From assembly GCA_035703635.1 (NCBI GenBank), contig DASSXV010000066.1, positions 1 to 12,679 on the forward strand: a stretch of 12,679 nucleotides of DNA. The letters run 5' to 3'. This DNA comes from Trueperaceae bacterium (GTDB taxonomy: Bacteria > Deinococcota > Deinococci > Deinococcales > Trueperaceae). Position 1 is the stretch's first letter, and each line of letters begins with the position of its first letter. Both the position numbers and the translations under genes were made by a program. Shown here piece by piece: positions 6,897 through 12,679 of this stretch. Under the pieces are notes generated by a model. That model saw only the letters and a list, made by a program, of their open reading frames with translations. It was not told where the DNA came from and searched no databases.

Positions 6897-8079
6897 CGCC
6901 GCCTGCTCCGTCCTTGCGCTTCAGCGTTTCTGGCACAAGGAAGGCGAACCACGCCGCCGTTCCCCCACCGATGGCCGCCACCGCTAGCGCTGACGGGCCA
7001 AGGCCGAGGGCCTGGCCAACGAGGCCAACCACGACCGGACCGGCGACGTAACCAGCGTCGCCGATCAGTCGCCAGCGACCGAGGAAGGCCGCCACCGCAC
7101 CGCGCGGGGCGAGGTCGGCGCCTAACGTCATCATGGTCCCAGCACTGATGCCGTTGCCTATGCCCATGAGGACCGCCGCCGCGCCGAGCCCGACGGCGCC
7201 GCCGCTGAACGGCACGAGCGCCATCCCGACGGCCTGGATGATGAAGGAGGGCACGATCGCGAACTTGCGCCCAAGCCGGTCCATTATCAGGCCCGCCGGG
7301 TAGAAGAGCGACATGTCTGCCAGGTTCGAGACGCTAACTATGACGCCCGCAACGCCAACGTCGAGGCCAAGCACTTGCGTGGCGTAAAGCGGCACGAGCA
7401 CGCGCCGACCGGCCCGCACTGCCTGACCGAGGAGTTGTGCGCCGCCCGCATTCAGCAGCCGGCCGCGAGCCTCGCCAAGCGCCTTGCCGCGTGCGGCACG
7501 CTCGAGTGGTCCGTCCTCCGGGCGTCTGCGCGGCTCCGCCATGCCGGCTGGCAGCTTGATGAGCGCGAGGAGCAACATGGCGCCGACGCCGATCAGGACG
7601 TAGAGCACGAAGGGTGAACGCAACCCGAAGTAGGTTGCCAGCACCCCGCCGCTTGCCGGGCCGATGAAGCCGCCAAGGCGCGTGAGACCGCCGAACACGC
7701 CCATGGTGCGGCCGCGGTTGACGCTGCTCGTTGCGCTAGTTAGGAAGACATGGCGGGAGACGTTCCACACGGACAACCCGACGCCAGAAAGGAAACGGAA
7801 GCCGAAGAGCCAAGCGAGGCTCGGCGCCAACGCGCTGGCTAGCGCTGCCGCCGTGATGAGGCCCATGCCTAGGATCATGGCTGGCCGCGCACGCATGCCG
7901 TTCACCACGTGTCCGGCGGGCACGTCCGCGAAGAGCGTGCCGATGCCCTCCGCCGCGAGCACGAGACCGACCCAGCCGATGGAGACTCCGAAACTCTCAG
8001 CGAAAACGGGCAGGGTTGGTATCAGGAGTCCGTCGCAGATGGCTAGTAGGACTGCAGGGAGGTAGATAGCCAGGAGCAT
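6880..8079 (-). CDS. MFS transporter (DHA1/MFS_1-like, substrate unknown)
   Basis: 399 aa with about 12 hydrophobic segments. Motif-A-like GLIMDRLGRK in the second half, FRFLSGVG in TM4, and RGRTMG...GFIGPASGG around TM5. The 3' end overlaps the convergent dipeptidase by 17 nt. Confidence 0.9.
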   Translation of the reverse strand: MLLAIYLPAVLLAICDGLLIPTLPVFAESFGVSIGWVGLVLAAEGIGTLFADVPAGHVVNGMRARPAMILGMGLITAAALASALAPSLAWLFGFRFLSGVGLSVWNVSRHVFLTSATSSVNRGRTMGVFGGLTRLGGFIGPASGGVLATYFGLRSPFVLYVLIGVGAMLLLALIKLPAGMAEPRRRPEDGPLERAARGKALGEARGRLLNAGGAQLLGQAVRAGRRVLVPLYATQVLGLDVGVAGVIVSVSNLADMSLFYPAGLIMDRLGRKFAIVPSFIIQAVGMALVPFSGGAVGLGAAAVLMGIGNGISAGTMMTLGADLAPRGAVAAFLGRWRLIGDAGYVAGPVVVGLVGQALGLGPSALAVAAIGGGTAAWFAFLVPETLKRKDGAGGVTPPR

Positions 8080-8091
8080 CGGGTGTTGAGG

Positions 8092-8100
8092 ATGCTATCA
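8092..8100 (-). promoter_or_regulatory. Putative extended -10 (TG-A-TAGCAT) for the MFS gene
   Basis: TGn-TAnnnT lies 12 nt upstream of ATG 8079. No SD, implying a very short leader. Confidence 0.4.
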
Positions 8101-8158
8101 CCGCCGCGCAGTGGCTGACCTGTTCAGCGAGGGAGTGAAGGGGTCATTCGCACTGCTG

Positions 8159-9331
8159 CTACCCGCGCCGCACGACTAGCCGTGCCTGCCGGTAGCGCGC
8201 CACGAGGTCGGTCGTCGCCGCGTCCCACGTCCAGCGCTCGGCATCCGCGCGCCCGGCTGCGGCCAGGCGCGCGAGCTCCGTGCGGTCGGCTAAGAGGCGC
8301 CTGATGGCGGCCGCGAGGGCTCCGGCGTCACCTGGCGCCACCAGCACGCCGTTGTCGCCGTCCCTCACGACGTGAGGTAATCCGCCTGCTGCGGCGGCAA
8401 CTACCGGCACTCCGGCCGCCATGGCCTCGAGTGCGGCGAAACCGAGCGTCTCAGACGTCGAAGGGAACGCGAAGACGTCCCCGCTGGCGTACGCCTCTGA
8501 CAACGCCTCACCGTGCAAGAAGCCGGTGAAGACGGTGCCGCTGCCCGCCAGGCGCGCCTTCAGTTCGGGTAGCGCTGGTCCGTCTCCGACGACGGCGAAG
8601 CGCACTCCTTCTCCCGCTAGAGCGACGGCCGCGTCGGCCAGTACGTCCATGCGCTTCTCGTGTGACACGCGCCCTGCGTACACCACGAGCCCCGCGCTTG
8701 GCTCCCCGCCCGTCAACCGCGCGCGCATGCTGGCGCTGCGGTAGCGGGGGTTGAAGCGCTCGGTATCGACCGCCTTCTGCCACAAGCGCACGCGCCTGAT
8801 GCCGAGCTCGCGTGCGAGTTCGATCATCTGCGGGCTCGTCGCGAGGTTCAGGTGGGCGAGGTTGTGGACTTCACGGTCGAGGACCTCGAGTGGGCGCCTC
8901 ACCCAACCGAGCTTCAGATCGTGCACGACTTTCGGGTCGGTGTGGAAGCTCGCCACCAACGGAAGGCGGGCGCGCCGAGCGATGATCGCTCCCCACGTCC
9001 CGAACAGGACGGGGTTGATCACGTGCACGACGTCAGGCGCGAAGTCGGTTACGGCCCTAGCGAGGCGACCGGAAGGCAGTGCCGCCTGGTGCTCCGGGTA
9101 CCACGGGAAGGCCACCCCGCCTGCTGAGAGCACGCGGTGCCGCCCGTAGCGCTCGGGCGCGCCCGGCGGCGCGAGCACGAGCACCTCGTGCCCTTGCCGC
9201 TCGAGCGCCGTGAGGGTGGCCGTGAGGCGCGTGACGACACCGTCTACCTTCGGTAGGAACGTCTCGCTTACCCACGCGATGCGCAGTGGAGCAGCACCTG
9301 CCGCCGTGCTGCTCCCTTCCGTATGGCTCAG
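8159..9331 (-). CDS. GT4 (GT-B) glycosyltransferase, SqdX/MgtA/PimB-like; probable non-canonical CTG start
   Basis: The frame stays open upstream of the track's GTG 9184 and encodes the conserved N-terminus LRIAWVSETFLPKVDGVVTRLTATLTALERQGHEV. Other motifs are SFHT, VDTERFNP, YAGRVSHEK, VVGDGP and EX7E (ETLGFAALE). The start is uncertain: CTG 9331 (390 aa), ACG 9307 or CTG 9286. Confidence 0.88.
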   Translation of the reverse strand: MSHTEGSSTAAGAAPLRIAWVSETFLPKVDGVVTRLTATLTALERQGHEVLVLAPPGAPERYGRHRVLSAGGVAFPWYPEHQAALPSGRLARAVTDFAPDVVHVINPVLFGTWGAIIARRARLPLVASFHTDPKVVHDLKLGWVRRPLEVLDREVHNLAHLNLATSPQMIELARELGIRRVRLWQKAVDTERFNPRYRSASMRARLTGGEPSAGLVVYAGRVSHEKRMDVLADAAVALAGEGVRFAVVGDGPALPELKARLAGSGTVFTGFLHGEALSEAYASGDVFAFPSTSETLGFAALEAMAAGVPVVAAAAGGLPHVVRDGDNGVLVAPGDAGALAAAIRRLLADRTELARLAAAGRADAERWTWDAATTDLVARYRQARLVVRRG

Positions 9332-10377
9332 GCGTAACCAGCCATGAGATCGTGCAGCGCGGCGGCGGATGGGCGCAACTGCTCATCGGGCAGCATGGAG
9401 AGCGGCGTGTCGGTCATGCCGCTGACTTCCGCGAGGGATGGGCGCGAGTCGTCGTAGTAGACGATGCCAGTCAGCAGTTCACCCTGGGCGTCCGCCTGCT
9501 GCAGGCGCGCCATGGCCTGGACACGGTTCGAGGCGTCGTAGTCGGCCTCGAGTTTGCGCAGGGTCATGCGCGAGCCGTCGTGCAGTTCGACGATCTGCGT
9601 CGTGCCTGGCTCGTAGTCATCGATGATGATCTCTTCTTGCGCCGGGATGAACCCTACGTCCTGCAGGGCGCGCTCGTGCTCGCGACCGTACGCGTAGCTG
9701 TGGCGCGAGTCCGCCTCGTCGTTGAACGCCACGCACGGGCTGATGATGTCGATGACGGCGGTTCCGCGGAACGACAGGCCGGCCTTGATGACCTCGCGCA
9801 CTTGCTTGGCGTCGCCAGCGAAGGTGCGCGCAACGAAACCGGCTCCCGCCGCGAGCGCCTCGAGGCAGAGGTCTAGCGCCGGGAACTGGTTGACGCCAGC
9901 GTACTTGAGCTTGTGACCTTCTTCTGACGTGGCAGAGAACTGACCCTTCGTGAGGCCGTAAACGCCGTTGTTCTCAACTAGATATGCCATGCGTACGTTG
10001 CGCCTGAGCATGTGCTTGAACTGGCCGAGGCCGATGGAGCCGGTGTCGCCGTCGCCGCTGATGCCTATGGCGCGCACGGTGTGGTTCGCCTGCAGCGCGC
10101 CAGTTCCTAGGGCGGGCATGCGGCCGTGCAGTGAGTTGAAGCCGTGCGATTGACCGAGGAAGTAGGCGGGCGACTTGCTCGAGCAGCCGATCCCGGAGAG
10201 TTTGATGATCTCGTGCGGCCGCAGATCGAGTTCGTACGCGATCTGGATGAGTTGACTGGCGACCGAGTTGTGGCCGCAGCCCTTGCAGAGCGTGGACGGG
10301 CTGCCGACGTAGTCGCTTTTGCTTAGGCCGGCGCGGTTGAGCTTGGCGGCTGGTGCTGGTCTGTCCATACTCGTCAC
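9328..10377 (-). CDS. korB: 2-oxoacid:ferredoxin oxidoreductase beta subunit (TPP-binding)
   Basis: LCKGCG, SGIGCSS, LHGR, TPP motif GDGD...ENNGVYGLTKGQ and ISPCVAFN. GTG 10377 overlaps the alpha stop (GTGA). ATG 10368, with SD GGGGAG, is an alternative start. The symbol is used for the family; the 2-oxoacid substrate is not established. Confidence 0.93.
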   Translation of the reverse strand: MTSMDRPAPAAKLNRAGLSKSDYVGSPSTLCKGCGHNSVASQLIQIAYELDLRPHEIIKLSGIGCSSKSPAYFLGQSHGFNSLHGRMPALGTGALQANHTVRAIGISGDGDTGSIGLGQFKHMLRRNVRMAYLVENNGVYGLTKGQFSATSEEGHKLKYAGVNQFPALDLCLEALAAGAGFVARTFAGDAKQVREVIKAGLSFRGTAVIDIISPCVAFNDEADSRHSYAYGREHERALQDVGFIPAQEEIIIDDYEPGTTQIVELHDGSRMTLRKLEADYDASNRVQAMARLQQADAQGELLTGIVYYDDSRPSLAEVSGMTDTPLSMLPDEQLRPSAAALHDLMAGYA

Positions 10378-12200
10378 TCCCCTAAGTGGGCGTTGAGGCG
10401 CCCCACTACCCAGTCGGCGGTGAGTGGCATGCCGTCTAGGTAGGCGATGGGCTTGAGTTTGGCGGCGTGCACTGGCAGCTCGTCGCGCAAGATGGCGGTG
10501 AGCTGACCGTCGCGGTTCATCTCGATGACGACCAGGCGCTCATGGGCCGCCACGAACTCCTCGACTTCCGGGCCTATGGGCAAGGCGCGAATGCGCATGA
10601 AGTCCGTTGCAACGCCACGTACGGCGAGCAGGTCACGCGCTTCCTCGATGGCGTAGCGCGTCGTGCCGTACGCGATGATGCCGAGCTTGGCGCCCGGCTG
10701 CTCATCTACCACTGCGGCGGGCACTAGTGCGCGGGCGGTATCGAACTTGCGGGCTAGGCGGTCCATGTTCTTGACCCAGTCCTCTGCGCGTTCGGAGTAC
10801 CTGGCTTGCTCGTCGTGACCGGTGCCGCGCCCGAACCAGGCCGCGCGTGGGTTCTCGTTGCCAGGCAGGGTGCGGTACGGCACGCCGTCGCCGTCTACGT
10901 CCTTGTAGCGCCCGAACTCCGGCAGGGCCGCTACTTCTTCGGCGTTGAGCACCTTGCCGCGGTCCAGTGGCGCGGCTGGGTACTCGAACGGCTTGCCCAT
11001 CCAGTTGTTCATGCCGAGGTCGAGGTCGGAGAGCACGAGGATGGGGGTCTGGAGCTTGTCGGCCAGGTCGTGCGCCTTGTAACCGAACTCGAAGCACTCC
11101 TCGATGGATGAGGGGAACAGCAGCACCTGCTTGGTGTCGCCGTGGCCCAGGTAGTACGCGAACGCCACGTCGCCTTGACTGGTGCGCGTTGGCAGTCCCG
11201 TGCTTGGGCCCACGCGTTGGATGTCCCACACTACCGCCGGCACTTCCGCGTAGTAGGCGAGGCCGAGGAACTCGGCCATGAGGGAGATGCCTGGCCCGCT
11301 CGTTGCGGTTACGGCGCGCGCGCCGGCCCAGCCCGCCCCTACGACCATGCCGATGGCGGCGAGTTCGTCTTCCGCCTGGATGACGCTGAAGGTGGCTTTG
11401 CCGTCTGGGCCGACGCGGAGCTTGGCGAGGTACTCGCGCAGCGAGTCGATGAAGCTGGTCGATGGGGTGATCGGGTACCAGCCTGACACGCTCACGCCAC
11501 CGTAGACGCTGCCAAGGGCGCCCGCCTCGTTGCCTGTCATCATGATCAGGCCGGTCGTCGCGTTCATGGGGGCTACGCGGAAGCGGTCGGTCTTTGGCAG
11601 GTTCAGGACGGCCCACTCGTACGCGATGCGTACGACTTCCAGGTTGCTGTCGATGAGCTTCTGTCGCTTGCCGAAGTGGTGCCCTAGCGCTTCTTCCAGT
11701 ACTTCGAGGGGCACGCCGAGGAGGTGGGCGACGACCCCGACGTACGTCATGTTGGCGATGTACTCCTTGATCTTCCCTTTCACTTCGACGCCCGCCAAGA
11801 GTTCCTTGACGGGCACCGGGTAGTAGGTCAGATCGCTGCGGTCTGGTCGCAGGCGCAGGTCGGCGTTGTGGATGACCACCCCACCGGCTGGCAGGTTGGC
11901 AACGTCATCGTGCAGCGTGGCTGGATTGAACGCCACGAGCAACTCGGATGGGTGCCGCGCAACGTAGCCGTCTTTGCTTACGCGGATGTGATACCAGGTT
12001 GGTAAGCCTTGGATGTTGGACGGGAAGATGTTCTTTCCGTGGACTGGTATGCCCATCTTGAAGAACGAGCGCAGCAGCGTGAGGTTGGCCGTTTGGCTGC
12101 CAGTGCCGTTTGCCGTGGCCACAACGAGGGAGAAGTCGTTGACTCTTGCATCCGTGCCGTGCTGCTCGGTGGGACTGCTGCCCAGTTGGGTGGCTTCCAT
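10374..12200 (-). CDS. korA: 2-oxoacid:acceptor (ferredoxin) oxidoreductase alpha subunit (gamma-alpha fusion)
   Basis: N-terminal gamma-like domain (VNDFSLVVATANGTGSQTAN, NIFPSNIQGLPT), then MTGNEA, YPITPS, QAEDELAA, TATSGPG, QRVGPSTGLPT and EMNRDGQL. SD AGGAGGT upstream. 608 aa. Confidence 0.94.
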   Translation of the reverse strand: MEATQLGSSPTEQHGTDARVNDFSLVVATANGTGSQTANLTLLRSFFKMGIPVHGKNIFPSNIQGLPTWYHIRVSKDGYVARHPSELLVAFNPATLHDDVANLPAGGVVIHNADLRLRPDRSDLTYYPVPVKELLAGVEVKGKIKEYIANMTYVGVVAHLLGVPLEVLEEALGHHFGKRQKLIDSNLEVVRIAYEWAVLNLPKTDRFRVAPMNATTGLIMMTGNEAGALGSVYGGVSVSGWYPITPSTSFIDSLREYLAKLRVGPDGKATFSVIQAEDELAAIGMVVGAGWAGARAVTATSGPGISLMAEFLGLAYYAEVPAVVWDIQRVGPSTGLPTRTSQGDVAFAYYLGHGDTKQVLLFPSSIEECFEFGYKAHDLADKLQTPILVLSDLDLGMNNWMGKPFEYPAAPLDRGKVLNAEEVAALPEFGRYKDVDGDGVPYRTLPGNENPRAAWFGRGTGHDEQARYSERAEDWVKNMDRLARKFDTARALVPAAVVDEQPGAKLGIIAYGTTRYAIEEARDLLAVRGVATDFMRIRALPIGPEVEEFVAAHERLVVIEMNRDGQLTAILRDELPVHAAKLKPIAYLDGMPLTADWVVGRLNAHLGE

Positions 12201-12206
12201 TGTAGA

Positions 12207-12229
12207 ACCGCACCTCCTGGAGGTCCGGT
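12207..12229 (-). promoter_or_regulatory. Inverted repeat sequestering the korA Shine-Dalgarno
   Basis: The mRNA reads ACCG-G-ACCUC-CAG-GAGGU-G-CGGU, ending 6 nt before the AUG: 9 bp with one G-G mismatch. Confidence 0.5.
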
Positions 12230-12315
12230 GGCTGTGCTTCGCGCGTCACTCTGGCGCCCGCGTCCGCGGCTTTGCGCTTGAGTGGGCGGTCGCCCGGTAC
12301 CCCACTTGGTCGGGT

Positions 12316-12331
12316 TGTGACGCTCGTCACG
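12316..12331. promoter_or_regulatory. CRP/FNR- or Rex-like operator palindrome upstream of korAB
   Basis: TGTGA-CGCTCG-TCACG matches TGTGA-N6-TCACA at 9 of 10 positions. The core GTGACG-CT-CGTCAC is a perfect inverted repeat. A minus-strand -10 candidate TACGAT lies at 12351-12346. Confidence 0.5.
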
Positions 12332-12482
12332 CCGACGGTTGAGCCATCGTAACGCCGTCGGCCGGGCGTGGGGCCTGCCCCGATAGCGAAACGTGTACGT
12401 TAGCGCCTTCTGGAGGACCCTGGCCCGGCCGCTCAGCTTAGTTGGCCGCCGCCCACGAGATTGGGAGCAGCTTTCGCGGTTC

Positions 12483-12679
12483 TCAGGCTTCCATGACTTC
12501 GGCGTCGCCGTTGTCTATTTCGGTCGCATCGTTCAAGTTCTTGGTCTTGGCGCCGAGGCTGAGGGCGTCCATCACCTTGCCGCGGATCTCAGAGATCAAC
12601 TCCGGCTTAGCCGCGATGAACTCAACCGCCCGCTCCTTACCCTGCCCCAAACGCTGATCCCCATACGAGAACCACGAAC
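12483..12679 (-). CDS. recA: Recombinase RecA, C-terminal fragment (5' part lies outside the window)
   Basis: Manual translation from 12677 gives SWFSYGDQRLGQGKERAVEFIAAKPELISEIRGKVMDALSLGAKTKNLNDATEIDNGDAEVMEA*. It has the RecA C-terminal signature (G)SWFSYG..RLGQGKE and an acidic tail. Absent from the ORF track because the start is outside the window. Confidence 0.93.
   Translation of the reverse strand, partial: SWFSYGDQRLGQGKERAVEFIAAKPELISEIRGKVMDALSLGAKTKNLNDATEIDNGDAEVMEA

Noticed and set aside
8159..9331. Naming the GT4 gene sqdX
   Set aside because: The ETFLPKVDG motif is shared with MgtA/PimB-like enzymes and no sqdB is in the window, so donor and acceptor are undetermined.
10702..11616. 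304-aa alternate-frame ORF inside korA, and similar nested ORFs elsewhere
   Set aside because: The Arg/Pro/Gly-rich composition is typical of off-frame GC-rich sequence. The korA frame is intact, with no sign of frameshifting.
11905..12330. 141-aa minus-strand ORF starting in the korA leader (possible leader peptide)
   Set aside because: It has no SD, runs out of frame deep into korA, and has no recognisable features.
12442..12657. 71-aa plus-strand ORF
   Set aside because: It is the antisense shadow of the recA 3' end.
1..12679. CRISPR arrays, tRNA/rRNA, IS or integrase, toxin-antitoxin or defence genes
   Set aside because: By eye I found no spaced direct repeats, cloverleafs, transposase motifs or compositional shift. 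Nearly all the sequence is explained by recognisable protein families.

Overview
This is a GC-rich bacterial chromosomal window of ordinary metabolic and housekeeping genes. Sequence style suggests Deinococcota, possibly Trueperaceae-like; that assignment is inference only. Gene order: M20 Zn-amidohydrolase of the carbamoylase type (-), RIO1-family kinase (-), then a divergent family-5 peptide ABC binding protein, two permeases with no ATPase and an M19 dipeptidase (+), then an MFS transporter, a GT4 glycosyltransferase, 2-oxoacid:ferredoxin oxidoreductase beta and alpha subunits, and the 3' end of recA, which the ORF track missed (all -). I see no mobile element, CRISPR array, tRNA/rRNA or defence system, and I cannot support a wholly new multi-gene system. 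The best oddities concern gene expression. (1) The GT4 gene has no in-frame ATG/GTG/TTG upstream of its conserved N-terminal motif and probably starts at a CTG overlapping the korB stop (C-TGA). (2) A strong intrinsic terminator lies 3 nt before the SD-less start of the first permease. (3) A near-perfect inverted repeat buries the korA Shine-Dalgarno, and a CRP/Rex-like palindrome lies upstream. (4) The amidohydrolase has a candidate structured 5' leader. (5) The dipeptidase has a leaderless-type promoter.
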